The notes below the pieces were generated by a model. The model worked only from the letters and a program-made list of their open reading frames with translations. It was not told where the DNA came from and did no database searches. This document shows, piece after piece, positions 42,939 through 54,976 of a stretch of 64,000 nt of DNA (its first letter is position 1; every line of letters begins with the position of its first letter). A program made the translations under genes and the position numbers. The DNA comes from an uncultured Phycisphaerales bacterium (lineage in GTDB: Bacteria > Planctomycetota > Phycisphaerae > Tepidisphaerales > Tepidisphaeraceae): contig CAWBWQ010000001.1 in assembly GCA_963792535.1 (NCBI GenBank), positions 576,001 through 640,000 on the forward strand, given 5' to 3'.

Positions 42939-44270
42939 ATGCAAAACCTGACCCCTCGCGAGATCGTAATCGAGCTGGATAAGTACATCGTCGGACAGGC
43001 CGATGCGAAGCGGGCGGTTGCGATTGCCATCCGCAACCGTTGGCGTCGGCAGCAATTGCCGGCTGATGTGCGTCAGGATGTTTCGCCAAAAAATATCCTG
43101 ATGATCGGACCCACCGGCGTGGGAAAAACCGAGATTGCGCGGCGATTGGCCGGCCTCGTCGGCGCACCTTTCGTGAAGGTGGAGGCGACCAAATACACAG
43201 AAGTGGGATACCACGGCCGCGATGTGGAATCGATGGTACGCGATCTTCTAGACGTCGGTTTAGACATGGTACGGCGCGAAAGTCATTTGGCAGTTAAAGA
43301 ATCGGCGGCGACAGCAGTCGAAGAGCAGCTGCTGGATTTGTTGTTGCCGACGACTGAGCGCGGTGGATTCGACGATGAAGAAGCCAAGGCCAAGCGCGAG
43401 CGCACACGCGATCGTTTTCGCGAGCAGCTGCGCGCGGGCGATTTGGAAGATCGAAACGTGGAAATCGTGTCCGAGCAGAAGGCGGACATCAATCAGCTCT
43501 TTGGTGCTGCCGGCATGGATATGGGTTTCGAGCTGCAGGGAATGATGGAAAAGATGCTGCCGAAGAAGCGGGAAACCAAGCGATTAACCGTCGCCGAAGC
43601 GCGGCGGTTTTTGCAAAGCCAGGAATCCGACAAGATGCTGGACGGTGAGTCACTAAACCGGCAGGCGATTGAATTAGTAGAGCAATCAGGGATCATTTTT
43701 CTGGATGAAATCGACAAGATCGCCGGCGCCGAAAAGTCACAGGGGCCGGATGTGAGCAGGCAGGGCGTCCAGCGCGACCTGCTGCCGATTGTGGAGGGCA
43801 GCACGATCACGACCAAGCACGGACCAGTTCGCTCGGATCATATTTTATTTATCGCTGCCGGCGCGTTCAGCAATTCCAAGCCCAGCGATCTGATGCCGGA
43901 ATTGCTCGGGCGTTTTCCGATTCGCGTGGAGTTGAACGAGTTGGGAAAAGAAGATTTCGTGAGGATTCTGACAGAGCCGCAGAACTCCCTGATTAAGCAG
44001 ACCATCATGTTGCTGGCCACCGAGGGAATAAAAGTGGATTTCACCGAAGGCGCGGTGGACGCCATCGCATCGGTTGCCTGGCGTGTGAATCGCAAGACCC
44101 AGAATATTGGTGCTCGTCGGCTGTACACGATTCTGGAGCGCGTGTTTGAAACAATCAGTTTTGAAGCCCCCGATGCGTTGGAAAAGGAAGTACAAATCAC
44201 GCGGGAATATGTGAAAGAACGCATGGGGTCTGTGGTGAAGGACGAAGATTTAAGCAAGTTTGTTTTGTGA
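42939..44270 (+). CDS. hslU: ATP-dependent protease ATPase subunit HslU
   Basis: LTPREIV, GPTGVGKTE, DEIDK, GVQRDLLP, NIGARRL. Confidence 0.96.
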   Translation: MQNLTPREIVIELDKYIVGQADAKRAVAIAIRNRWRRQQLPADVRQDVSPKNILMIGPTGVGKTEIARRLAGLVGAPFVKVEATKYTEVGYHGRDVESMVRDLLDVGLDMVRRESHLAVKESAATAVEEQLLDLLLPTTERGGFDDEEAKAKRERTRDRFREQLRAGDLEDRNVEIVSEQKADINQLFGAAGMDMGFELQGMMEKMLPKKRETKRLTVAEARRFLQSQESDKMLDGESLNRQAIELVEQSGIIFLDEIDKIAGAEKSQGPDVSRQGVQRDLLPIVEGSTITTKHGPVRSDHILFIAAGAFSNSKPSDLMPELLGRFPIRVELNELGKEDFVRILTEPQNSLIKQTIMLLATEGIKVDFTEGAVDAIASVAWRVNRKTQNIGARRLYTILERVFETISFEAPDALEKEVQITREYVKERMGSVVKDEDLSKFVL

Positions 44271-44386
44271 AAACCGTCAAGCCGTTGTGGCGCCTGGGAT
44301 CCGGATACTTTCTCAATGACGGCGTCCCGGTCGCGCGATTTCACGCGCAAGGGCAACGCTTGCCCGGATGTCATGGGGCTGTTGCG

Positions 44387-45655
44387 TTACCGCACATGCC
44401 CATCCCCTGTAACCACCCATTTGTAGGTCGTCAGATCCATTGCACCCATTGGTCCGCGGGCGTGCAGCTTGTCGGTGCTGATGCCAATCTCTGCACCAAG
44501 GCCGTACTCACCGCCGTCGGCGAATCGGGTGCTGGCGTTGATCATCACGCTGGCGCTGTCCACTTTTTTTACAAACTCGTCAATCGCTTTTGCATCGGTG
44601 CTTAAAATTGCGTCGGTGTGATGGCTGCCGTAGTGGTTTATGTGTTCAATCGCCTGTTGCAGGTCGTCAACAACTTTAATAGCGATAGTAAAGCTCAAAT
44701 ATTCCGTATACCAATCTTCTTCGGTAGCCAGTACCAGGTGGGGATACAACTCCTGCGCGGAAAGATCGCCGCGGATTTCCACTTTCCGCTCGGCCAGATC
44801 TTGGCAGACCTTCGCCAGCAGGGACACGGCGGATGCGCGGTGGAAGATTATTTTTTCAGCAGCGTTGCAGACGCCTCCGCCGGGGTAGCCGGTCTTGGCG
44901 TTGATGCAGATGTCGCGCACTTTTTGTTCCATCGACCCGGTTGCGGCATCTACATATACATGGCAATTACCGGTGTAATGTTTAAGCACGGGAATCGTCG
45001 ACTCAGCGACGACAGCGCGGATCAAACTCTCACCGCCGCGCGGGATGACCAGGTCGATATATCGATCCAGTTTGAGAAATGCCGGTACGAGCGCACGGTC
45101 GGTTGATTCGATGAGTTGAACCGCTGCGGGATCGATGTCAGTCGTTGCCAATCCCTCGGCGATTGCCCTGGCGATTGCAACATTGGAATGCAGCGATTCT
45201 TTTCCACCGCGCAGGATTACCGCGTTCCCGCTCTTTATGCACAACGCGGCTGCGTCGCTGGTGACGTTGGGCCGGCTTTCGTAGAAGAACAATACAACGC
45301 CCAGCGGCACGCGGAGTTTTTGAATCCGTAAGCCGTCGGGTCGAAGATACGTATCGATAATCTGCCCGACCGGTTCGGGTTGGTCTGCGATTTTACGGAC
45401 GCTGTCGGCCATCTTCGCGACCTTTGCCGGGTCGAGCTTCAAGCGCTCGATCATGGCCGGTGACAGGTCGGATTTGCGGGCCTGATCCACATCCAAAGTG
45501 TTGGCCTGAACAATCGCACTGCTGTGTTTCTCGATCGACACGGCCATGGCACGCAGTGCCGCTGATCGGGCTGCGTCGGTGCTGGCTGCCAATTGCGTGG
45601 CGGCTTTTCTGGCCGCAATTCCGGTGTTTGTCGCGTAGGTATTCCAATCGTTCAT
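44387..45655 (-). CDS. proA: Gamma-glutamyl phosphate reductase
   Basis: YESRPNVT, LRGGKE, IPRGG, CNAAE, NASTRFADGGEYGLGAEIGIST. Start placed at ATG 45655. Confidence 0.96.
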   Translation of the reverse strand: MNDWNTYATNTGIAARKAATQLAASTDAARSAALRAMAVSIEKHSSAIVQANTLDVDQARKSDLSPAMIERLKLDPAKVAKMADSVRKIADQPEPVGQIIDTYLRPDGLRIQKLRVPLGVVLFFYESRPNVTSDAAALCIKSGNAVILRGGKESLHSNVAIARAIAEGLATTDIDPAAVQLIESTDRALVPAFLKLDRYIDLVIPRGGESLIRAVVAESTIPVLKHYTGNCHVYVDAATGSMEQKVRDICINAKTGYPGGGVCNAAEKIIFHRASAVSLLAKVCQDLAERKVEIRGDLSAQELYPHLVLATEEDWYTEYLSFTIAIKVVDDLQQAIEHINHYGSHHTDAILSTDAKAIDEFVKKVDSASVMINASTRFADGGEYGLGAEIGISTDKLHARGPMGAMDLTTYKWVVTGDGHVR

Positions 45656-45735
45656 TCCTCTACAATAGCAGAGGTTTGACGCCGGAGTCATGCGATCTGT
45701 TTGGTAATCTATCGCAAGTTGCCTAAACTTCGAGA

Positions 45736-46629
45736 ATGGCTGAAACAAGCGGGACATGGACGGTCCGGAGGCTTTTGGAATGGACGCCAGGGTTCTTTAC
45801 AAAAAAAAATGTCGATCAGCCGCGCTTGTCCGCGGAGTTGCTGCTGTCGCATGTGCTCGGTGTTGCGCGGATTCACCTTTATACAGGGTATGACCGTATC
45901 GTCGGTGAGGCGGAACTGGCCCAGTTCCGCGACCTGGTCCGACGCGCCGGCGAGCAGGAACCCATCGCCTATCTGACCGGGAAGGCACATTTCTTCAGCC
46001 TAGAATTTACCGTCAATCGCGACGTGCTGATTCCGCGGCCGGACACTGAAACGCTTGTTGAAAATGTTCTACAGACAATACGGCACCAGCCGGGGCTTGA
46101 GACGCCGCGCGTGCTGGATTTGTGTACCGGTAGTGGCTGCGTAGCAGCGGCGATCGCGAAAAATTTAAAATCGGCGATGGTTTTCGCAACAGATATCAGC
46201 GAAAAAGCGGCGGCCGTTGCAGTGAAAAATGTGACCGACCTGGATCTGGTCGACCGCGTCAGTATTAACGTCGGCGATTTATTCGAGCCCATCAAACGGA
46301 TCCTCGATCCTCGGCCCTTCGATCTGATCGTCGCAAATCCGCCTTATATTTCGACCGATCAACTGCCAAAGCTGGACAAAAGCGTTCGCGATTATGAACC
46401 GATGCTTGCGCTGGATGGTGGAGCGGACGGACTGGATATTCATCGAAGAATCCTCGCCAGGGCTCCGGACCATCTCACCGCGAAAGGGCGCGTATTTCTC
46501 GAGATCGCGTTTGACCAGGCAACGGCGGCCCGAGAAATGGCGGATGCTTTTCCCGCGTTCAACGAGGTCCGAATTCTCAAAGATTTCGGCGGGCGCGATC
46601 GCGTCCTGTCGCTTCAACTGAAGGGATAG
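45736..46629 (+). CDS. prmC: Peptide chain release factor N5-glutamine methyltransferase
   Basis: EPIAYL, VLIPRPDTE, DLCTGSG, NPPY. Confidence 0.96.
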   Translation: MAETSGTWTVRRLLEWTPGFFTKKNVDQPRLSAELLLSHVLGVARIHLYTGYDRIVGEAELAQFRDLVRRAGEQEPIAYLTGKAHFFSLEFTVNRDVLIPRPDTETLVENVLQTIRHQPGLETPRVLDLCTGSGCVAAAIAKNLKSAMVFATDISEKAAAVAVKNVTDLDLVDRVSINVGDLFEPIKRILDPRPFDLIVANPPYISTDQLPKLDKSVRDYEPMLALDGGADGLDIHRRILARAPDHLTAKGRVFLEIAFDQATAAREMADAFPAFNEVRILKDFGGRDRVLSLQLKG

Positions 46630-46681
46630 AAAAGCACTTGGCGTAATTGCGCGTTGGGGATCGAGTGGAGAAAAATATTTT

Positions 46682-49600
46682 CTACCGCCTGGGATCCGCA
46701 GCGGCAGACAGACCGGCGTGTTTCGCACTGTGTAACCGTTGCAGTTCGGCCAGTATCGGCGGGGGCAATTTCGGGTGCGATGATTGAATAATGACATCGG
46801 CCTGTTGAAGCAATTCTGCGACGTTTCCGCCGCGCCCCGAGCGGTCCTGAGCCGATGCCAGCCCGATCAGCGCTTCGGCGTTCACATTGTTTAACCGCAC
46901 GGCATTTTCAAACTCGGCCTTGGCGGCATCGAGATCGTTCAGCTGCTCGTCGATCTCTCCGAGCGTGGTGTGCATCTCGCTCGCGGCCGGCATGGCGGCG
47001 ACGGCGGCAGCGGCAAGTTGTTGGGCTGCGTGCAGGTCCTGTTGACCAAGCCACATCACCGTTGCGAGGTTGTTGCGGGCGACGGCGGAATCAGACTGTG
47101 CCTGCAGCGCTTTCGTATACGCAGCTTGCGCCTGGGGCAGAAGATTCAACTGCTGATAGATCCCGCCGAGCAGCAACCATGCGTCGGCCGGGAGTGCGCC
47201 CGCATCGGTCAGCGGATCGACCACCGATAGCGCTTTTTGTAGAAGATCGTTATCGTCAAAGCGGCTGGCGAGAGTAAACCAGGCCTCTCCGCGAGCAATC
47301 TGGTCGGGGACGGAAGTCGGCGTGAGTTCGGGCTCGATCCGCTGAATCTGCTCAGTGCCTTCGGCGACGCTTTTCACAGTCGTCGAAACGATTCGTAACC
47401 AGCGACGCCGCCATGCCGGGGCCTGCTTTGCCAGTGGGTCCGCGATGGCACTTGCCTGATCGAAACGCTCCTGCAGGCAGAGCGCTTCGAGATATAACTC
47501 GACAGTAGTGGTCGCAGCGGATGCGTTACCGTTATCGGTACCCGCCTGGGCAATGGCGTTATTGATATACGGGAACAGCTGCACGATCGCGTGGTCGGGT
47601 CGCTTTAACTGGATGTCCGCGCCTGCGATCATCAAATCGGCATTTTGCGGATGATTCAGCGAACGGTTGCGCCATTGAGTGGCTGCGGACAAAGCAGCGT
47701 TCCAGTTTTTGGCGCAAGACGCAACCAGTGTGAGCAGTCGTGCGGGTTCAGCTTCGGCAGGCACTATTTCGCAGGCGCGGGTGGCGAGCTTTGTCGCTCG
47801 TTCGAATCGACCGGCAGCGCAATCACGCGGTACCAGCATGCTCAGCGCGGGAAGATATCGGGGGTTTTGCTCGACGATTGTTGCGAATCGATCTGATAAC
47901 GCATCGGGCGATTCGTGGGCGGTCTGGCTGTCGGCAAGAGCAGTCAGCGTGGCGACGGCGGTGTCATTCGTTGGATCGCTTGCCAGGCTCTCAATCAGAG
48001 GCTGAATCGAATCGTCCAGCTTCAGGGCAGCGAGGGTGCGAGCCCGTTCGTTCATGGCCTTCAGCGAAGGGCTTGCAGGCAGGTTCTGAAGACCGGCTGC
48101 GGCAATCTTTTCGCTGCCCACAAAGTCGCGATGCCGAAGGTCAAGGCCCGACCATGCGACCCAGATGGCTTGATTTGCCGGCGCGGCGCGGACGGCATTC
48201 GCAAGGTGCAGATGCGCCGCGGTAACCGTGCCGAATGTGGACTCAAAGTCCGCAAGCAGCGCTTCGTTCTCGCCGGCGGGAGATTGCATTCCGCTGAGTC
48301 GGGCAAGGCACTGGCGAGCGCGGTCCATCTGGTCGCGCGATGCCCAGAACCACGCCGCAGCGCGAATGATGCCGGGGCTGATGACGGGTTCTTGAAGCAG
48401 GGCTGTATAAATTTTTTCGGCCGAGGGCGTGTCTCCGGCGTCGACCAGCAACTGGGCAAGCAGCATGTCGCGAGCGGGATCACCGCGATGAACAGGCTGC
48501 TCGTCGCGCAGCAACGAAATGGCGGAGTCCGGCATTCCCGCCAGGCGATATAGCGTGGCAGCTTCGACGCGCTCGGCATTACTCATGTCTGCCGCCGCCA
48601 CTATGCCGTCGAGCAAACTGACAGCGTTCTGGATTTGCCCCTGATTCAGCAATACACGAGCGAGCTTAAGCGAAATCGCAGGATTCTCCGGATCAATGCT
48701 GGCGGCCAGCCGCAGGTGGGCAATCGCGCCGTCGTTGTCTGCCAGCAGCACCAGCGCATCGGACCAGAGAATCTGTGGCGCGGCGTATTGTGGCGCCTCG
48801 CGCGACTTCGGCGATCATCGCAGCGGCGGAGTTAGCGTTGGATTTTACATCGTCTGTCGCGCCCAGTTGCCAGCGGGCGCGGGCCAGTTTCCATTCCAGC
48901 GCATCATCACCCGTGAGCGTTTTGATTCGGTCTATAGTGCGATCCATCAACGCGCGGTTTGCGATCACTGCTGGGGAATGCATCGCCGCCTGCTGAACGT
49001 CGAGGTTTTGCGGTTGCGCGTTGGCGAATGCTTCCCAGGCGAGTCCAACCGAGCTGTCATTCAAAGACTCTCGAGCCAGAAGGTCGGCGATCTTCCACTC
49101 GACGGTTTGATGCGCTTCGATGTTCGCAAGCAGGAGCCGGCCCCGATCGGGCTGGTCAGCGATTGTGAAAACCTGTACTTGCGCCAGTGCTGCCTGCGGC
49201 GTGGTTGGCTGGCAGGCAGCGCCGCGCTGGCAGATGGCGTTGCTAAGACCCAGGCGGTCTTTTTGGTCGATCTTCGATAATTGCAGCAGTGCAAGCGCTG
49301 AAGAACCTGTCGAGGTTGTCAGCGCGGACGTGGCGAGATTGACAGCGTCGGCACGGCGATCAGCGCGCGAAAGCAGATCGATCTCGGCCGACAGCAACCG
49401 CACATCATCGGGGGCGATACCACGCACCTGATGCACGTAATTTAACAGTGGAGTAATGTCGGCGGCAGTCGCGCCGGGACGTAACGCAGCGTGGCACGCC
49501 AGGGCGCGGGCAACCTGAGCGGCAATGGAATTGGGATTTCGATCGCACGCGGCCTGAGCGCTGGTGGTGGCCTGCCCGGCTTGGCCGCGCTGGGTCAGGA

Positions 49601-50915
49601 TGCGGGCGATCATTGTGCAGGGCGTCGCCCATTCTGGCTGGAGTTGAATCGCCTGGCGATAAAACTGCAGCGATAACTCGCTTTCGCCCAGCTGTTCATA
49701 TTCCATCGCGAGATAAAATCGGGCATCGGCATTATCGGGGTCCAGTCGACCGGCGGTTTGGCAAAGACGAACCGACGCCAGGGGATCTACCGGCGATGGA
49801 TCGATAATAGCTTTTAAAAGCGAATACCAGGCAACGGCCAGGACATCTTCGTCGCGCTTCTGGAGGGTGGCAATAATTGCATTGAGTATCTGCGACGGGT
49901 GTTCAGCCGACGGATGATCGTGATTAATGAGAATCAAGCCGTAAAGACCGAGCAATCGAGAATCTGAAGCGGGGTCCTGCGGGTTTAGATTTTTCAGCAC
50001 AGCGAGGGCGGCGTCATACCGATCAAGTTCGAATAGACGCTGGACAAGCGTTGCCCGGATTTCGTCGGCGGAATTGGGAACTGCAGCCGCTTTTTCCAGA
50101 AGTGATCTGGATTCGTCCCACATATTCAGCTTGTCGAAAACATCCGCGAGCAGAATGATGAAATCCGCGTCTGGAGGCGTCCCTGCGGCCGCTGTGTGAA
50201 GCCATTTCCGCGTGCCGTCCACGTCATCGATGAAAAAAGCCGCAACCGCGCGAACCAGCTGAAAACGGGGATCATTCGGATGGGCCGCGAGAAGGCGATC
50301 GGCGCGACCGACGATCTCCGCTTGAGGCTTACGCATCCGGGCCATCAAACTCAACGTGGTGGTTTGGGTGCGGACGTCCAGCGGGGTAAGCTCATTCAGG
50401 CGAAGCGAAATTGGCAGGGCATCTGAGAAATTCATATCCCTGTCCAGCTGATGCAACTGAGCAGACAGGGCGGCGACATCGTCGGGATTACGCGTGAGCA
50501 GCGAAGCTGCGATTGTCATCGTCTCAGCGGGAGAACCGGTCTTCTGGTAGATATCCAGAAGCTGATGTTGCGCGTCGAGATCGCCGGGGCGAAGCTCAAG
50601 ATATCGCGTAAAAAGTTTGCGGGCGTCCAGCAAATTGCCCAAGTCGGGCCGAGGTAATTTCATCCGGCAGAGGGCAAGCGCATAGATGGCTTCCGGATCG
50701 ACTCGATCATTGCTGAGATAGCTGGAGAAATCTGCTGCGGCGGTGTGGTAGTCGCCGTGCTGGAAGGCGGACATCGCCAGGGCGCGATAGGCAAGGCGGC
50801 CGCGCTCGTACCGGTTCAGCCCAAACAGATAGAGGGTGGACGCAGCCGCAATCCCGACCGTTCCCGCGGCGAGAAGAATGGCAAGTCTTTTTTTAGTTTT
50901 AGGGCGAAGATTCAT
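46682..50915 (-). CDS. Very large membrane-anchored TPR-repeat protein of the EPS/exosortase locus (~1400 aa; frameshift near 48775)
   Basis: N-terminal basic stretch plus TM segment; TPR-like repeats continue across the overlapping ORFs 48693-50915 and 46682-48751. Confidence 0.8.
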
Positions 50916-51053
50916 TTAGGCGATCCCAATTGCAGTCGTCTCCGCGAAATTAGAACGACTTGGCAAAGGATGGAGTGAACCGGGGGTTTTCACAAGCGCC
51001 CGAGCGTGGAATAGTTTGAGATTCTGGGCTGTCGGATTTTGTCGAGCGCCTAG

Positions 51054-52541
51054 CTAGCTTTTGCTGACCTTGCCGAGGATCCCGGCGATGGTTTGCCAGA
51101 TGATGTGCATATCCATCCAGAAGCTGCGTTTTTCCACATATTCGAGATCGAACCGGATCCATTCCTGAAAGTCCGAGCCGGCGCGACGCGTGCGCTTGAC
51201 CTGCCAGAGGCCCGTGACACCGGGGCGCACGCTCAGGCGTGCTTCGCGCCACGGCGGGCAATACTGGTTTTCTTTATAAGGGCTGGGGCGTGGACCAACG
51301 ATTGACATATCCCCGGTCAGCACGTTCCAAAACTGGGGCAGTTCGTCGAGGTTGTACTTTCGGATGAACTTGCCTACGCGGGTGAGGCGTGGATCATTTT
51401 CCATAAAAAACTGAGGACCGTCCGCCTGATTGGTTTTTTTCAACTGCTCTTTAATCTTTTCGGCGTCTTTGCGCATCGAGCGAAACTTAATGCAGGGGAA
51501 CTCGCGGCCACCGCGCGTTTCGCGCATATGCCCGAAGAAGAACGGCCGCCCATCCTCCAGCAGAATCGCCAGCATGATGAACGGATACAAAGGCAGCGAA
51601 AACAGCAGCCCGAGTAACGCAAAGCAGATGTCGAACGTTCGCTTGCTGATACGATCAAATGCGCTGTCCCGGCGGGGGGGTGGAGCTTCCTGCGGCGGGG
51701 CTGACGGTTCGATGTGCAGCCAATGAATGTCGTCGTTCACCGGGCGGCTTTGAGGATCGTCCCATATGACCGTCGGGCCGACGATAGGATGATCCGTCGC
51801 TTCAACTTTTCGACCGCAACCGACCCAGACAGGCCCGATGAATTTTACCGAAGGGTCCACCTTTGCCTGTGCGTCGCGCCACACGGGACCGGCGAGTTGC
51901 CGGGCTCGCAGGACGGTGGAATCCGGGCGATGCCAGCGTGCCACCAGGTCGTAGATGAAAAAAGCGACTTCACGTGGTTCGTTGCGGTCATAGATATGAC
52001 CTGAAATGCTGAAGGTCGCGCGCTCGGTTCGACCTATGCATCGGCGAAGGCGACGCCAGCCGGTGATGGCATCGGGGGCGCTTTGCCAGAGCCGGGCGAT
52101 GTCGCGATCGGGGGTGAGTGCAATGCGGGTCAGCCGGCTGGATGCTTCGTACAGGCGTTCGAATTTTACAAACTGTTCGAATTCATCGGTAACAACATGC
52201 TCCCGATAAGCGCGGTCGCGCGTGTCGTGCAATCGCACGAGAAGCAACTGCGGCTTGATCCAGTTCAGCGCATCGACAACGTCGGATAGACGGAAAAGCG
52301 TGAATGTCGGGGATTCGGCAAGCAGGAAAAGCTCGGCATGCTTGACGATTTCGCTGGGCTCACCCTGACGAACAACCTGAACGCCATTCGAAGCCCAGTA
52401 ACGGGTGTGAAGCTGCGACGGATCGAGTCCCCAGATCGTGCGTTGCGTTGAGGGATTTATCGCAGCGCCAATTGTGCCCGCAACTGCAGGCGCGAGCACG
52501 CCGGATGAAGGCGGGATGAAAATGGCTTCGGCGGCGGTCAT
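51054..52541 (-). CDS. Priming sugar (phosphoglycosyl) transferase with long non-membrane N-terminal extension
   Basis: [43 protein letters not shown]. Confidence 0.92.
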   Translation of the reverse strand: MTAAEAIFIPPSSGVLAPAVAGTIGAAINPSTQRTIWGLDPSQLHTRYWASNGVQVVRQGEPSEIVKHAELFLLAESPTFTLFRLSDVVDALNWIKPQLLLVRLHDTRDRAYREHVVTDEFEQFVKFERLYEASSRLTRIALTPDRDIARLWQSAPDAITGWRRLRRCIGRTERATFSISGHIYDRNEPREVAFFIYDLVARWHRPDSTVLRARQLAGPVWRDAQAKVDPSVKFIGPVWVGCGRKVEATDHPIVGPTVIWDDPQSRPVNDDIHWLHIEPSAPPQEAPPPRRDSAFDRISKRTFDICFALLGLLFSLPLYPFIMLAILLEDGRPFFFGHMRETRGGREFPCIKFRSMRKDAEKIKEQLKKTNQADGPQFFMENDPRLTRVGKFIRKYNLDELPQFWNVLTGDMSIVGPRPSPYKENQYCPPWREARLSVRPGVTGLWQVKRTRRAGSDFQEWIRFDLEYVEKRSFWMDMHIIWQTIAGILGKVSKS

Positions 52542-52713
52542 TTGTGGTTCATCACGGATGTTCAGCGCTCAACAGAAAACACCGATCGTCGAACATAAAA
52601 AGCAGGACATACCGCCATACGTTTTCAAACTGCCGCCTTGCTTTGGCCGTTTGGTTTCTTCGCGTTCTATCGCCCCTTTGCCACTGTGAATCAAGAAGCA
52701 CAGGCAGCGTTTA

Positions 52714-54975
52714 TCATCCCGCTCGTTTGAAGGAACCGGCGACCGCCTTGGCGGCGGAGGCCTGTCCGGGAGCGCCGCTGGTTGCCGGGCGACTTCGAAG
52801 CGCGAGGCCGCTCATGCTGCGTTCGAAATCTTTGGCCTGAGCGCGATTGAACACCACACCGGCGAGATTCGCGCCAATCGATTGCAGATGACTGATCGAT
52901 TTCTCAACCAGCGGACGCTGCTGATTGCGGGCGACGGCCAGTATCGTGCGATCGGCGGCGGCGCATACCAGGCTCGCCTCGATGCTGCCCAGGATAGGAC
53001 CCGTATCGACGATGATGATGTCGAAATGTTTTTTACCCTCGCTGAGCAGGCGGCGCAATGCAACCGGCGACAGTGTGCTGGCGTGATGGGCATGGGTCGT
53101 GCCGACCGGCAGGATCGCAACATCGGCAATATCAGTCGTGCGGACGTATTCGAGCAAAGCGCGATTGGCGACCGATTCCAGCACACCGTCCGCGCTGTTC
53201 ACGTTTAAGCGATGCGTAAGACCGGCGGCGACGAGATCGCAGTCGATGAGCAGCGTCCGAGCACCGCAAGCTGCATAGCTTAAACCAAGCGCCAGGGTGA
53301 GGCTGGTCTTACCGTCACCGCTGCTGGCACTGGTAACGGCAATCACCTGCGGTTCGTCGTTGCTGCGGCTGATCTGCAGCATGGTGCGGATCTGATGGAC
53401 GCAGTGAGCCGCGATGCCAGCCTGCTGCGGATCGCTCAGGCGATCGGGCAAGTTGGGCAGAATTCCCAGAAGGGTGACACCCGCGAGATCGGCGGTGGAG
53501 GCTTCGTCGCTGTAGCGGAAGCGGTTTTCGGTTAATCCGTAGAGCATCATCAGGCCGAGCGGGATCAAACCACCAAAGCCAAATCCCAGACCGGCGACAA
53601 GTTTGCGTTTATCGCTGGTCAGTACGGCTTCGCTGCCATAGTCTTCAACGACCACTGGTTTGGACAGAGCCTGGCGAGCGCGAAGCTCTTCGAGGGTGCG
53701 CAAATCGCGATCGCGATAGGTCGAAATTTGAGTGATCTCCGCCCGCACATCTTCGATCTGCTGCCGCTGCGAACCAATCTCCTGAGCCTGCAGGCGTGTC
53801 TGTTCGACCATCTTCTGCATCGAGTCGACGCGCTGCTTCAGCAGGTCAATATTTTGACCACCCATTGCCGGATCATCCAGCTGGAAAGGAATACGACCCT
53901 GATGAGAAACGAGGAAATCCTTGGCGTAATCGTCAACGCGCTTCTGCGAATCAGCATACAGCTGTGCAGCTGCTAAATACGTGGGATGCTTCGGCCCAAC
54001 GCCTTTTGCCAGCAGATCCTGCAAGGCGAGGAAGCAGTTTTCACGCTGGCGGAGATTGCCGGCCATACCATTATCAATTCCAGCAATCTGCTGATAGATA
54101 AATTCTTTGTCGGTCGGGGCCTTGCTCACGGCCTTGCCCTGCTGGTTTGCGACGGCGGCATCGAGTGCGATCTTTGCCTGGGCTAAGTTGCCTTCGAGGG
54201 TGGAGAGAACGCCCTGCATCTGCTGATCGCGCGATTGCAGATCGGTCGTACCATACTTTTCAGCCAGGGCATCCAGTTCCTTCCGCTTGAAAGCAAGAGC
54301 CGCTTCCTGCGTGGCCAGGTCCTGGTTGTTGTAGTCCATCTTTTTCTGGACATCGAGAAACTCATCTCCACTGCCGTGTAGGGCCACATAGGCGGTAAGC
54401 AGCGCATGCGTTCCCGCTTCGGCTACTTCCTTTTTGCGGTCGTCGAATGCCACACTGATCAGCGGGCCGTTTTTAACGTGTTCGACGTTTACACAAAGAT
54501 CGAAATCCGCGGGGCTTGGCAGCGGAGTTGAGTAGTTTTTCTCCCAGGCATCGATGAAGTTTTTGTCCTGCAGCGCGGCTTCCGCCACGTGCGTGCTGGT
54601 GAGAAGCCCAACCTGACCCTGAATGAACATCGCAAGCATCGGAACCGTTTGATCGACCGGGCCCGGCGTCGCGACAATCGGGTTGATGTTGACCAGCCCG
54701 GTGCTTTCGAATTTAGGAGGCAACGCCATCCAACCGCCAAGCCCGCCGGCAAGCGCACCGCTGGCGGCGAGAAAGATTGCCAGCGGGTAGCGACCGCGCA
54801 GGAGTCGGTGTGCCTTGACGACCGGGGAGTGCCTGACCGGCCCGGATGCGGGTGGGCCACCTGTATAACCGCTGGCCGGCGGTACGTAGGGCTGCATGGC
54901 CTGCTGCTGTCCCCCTTGTGTCCAGAAGTCGGCGGCGGCCTGGGTATTGGTCGTCAATTGAAATTCATTAGCCAT
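52714..54975 (-). CDS. Wzc-like polysaccharide co-polymerase / BY-kinase
   Basis: Two TM segments flanking coiled coils; Walker A SASSGDGKTS, LLIDCD, IIVDTGP. Confidence 0.88.
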   Translation of the reverse strand: MANEFQLTTNTQAAADFWTQGGQQQAMQPYVPPASGYTGGPPASGPVRHSPVVKAHRLLRGRYPLAIFLAASGALAGGLGGWMALPPKFESTGLVNINPIVATPGPVDQTVPMLAMFIQGQVGLLTSTHVAEAALQDKNFIDAWEKNYSTPLPSPADFDLCVNVEHVKNGPLISVAFDDRKKEVAEAGTHALLTAYVALHGSGDEFLDVQKKMDYNNQDLATQEAALAFKRKELDALAEKYGTTDLQSRDQQMQGVLSTLEGNLAQAKIALDAAVANQQGKAVSKAPTDKEFIYQQIAGIDNGMAGNLRQRENCFLALQDLLAKGVGPKHPTYLAAAQLYADSQKRVDDYAKDFLVSHQGRIPFQLDDPAMGGQNIDLLKQRVDSMQKMVEQTRLQAQEIGSQRQQIEDVRAEITQISTYRDRDLRTLEELRARQALSKPVVVEDYGSEAVLTSDKRKLVAGLGFGFGGLIPLGLMMLYGLTENRFRYSDEASTADLAGVTLLGILPNLPDRLSDPQQAGIAAHCVHQIRTMLQISRSNDEPQVIAVTSASSGDGKTSLTLALGLSYAACGARTLLIDCDLVAAGLTHRLNVNSADGVLESVANRALLEYVRTTDIADVAILPVGTTHAHHASTLSPVALRRLLSEGKKHFDIIIVDTGPILGSIEASLVCAAADRTILAVARNQQRPLVEKSISHLQSIGANLAGVVFNRAQAKDFERSMSGLALRSRPATSGAPGQASAAKAVAGSFKRAG

Positions 54976-54976
54976 C

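Noticed and set aside
42939..44270. hslU without hslV; likewise rplU without rpmA, isolated murG, and MoxR without vWA partners
   Set aside because: Dispersed operons are ordinary in planctomycetes, and the partners are probably elsewhere in the genome.
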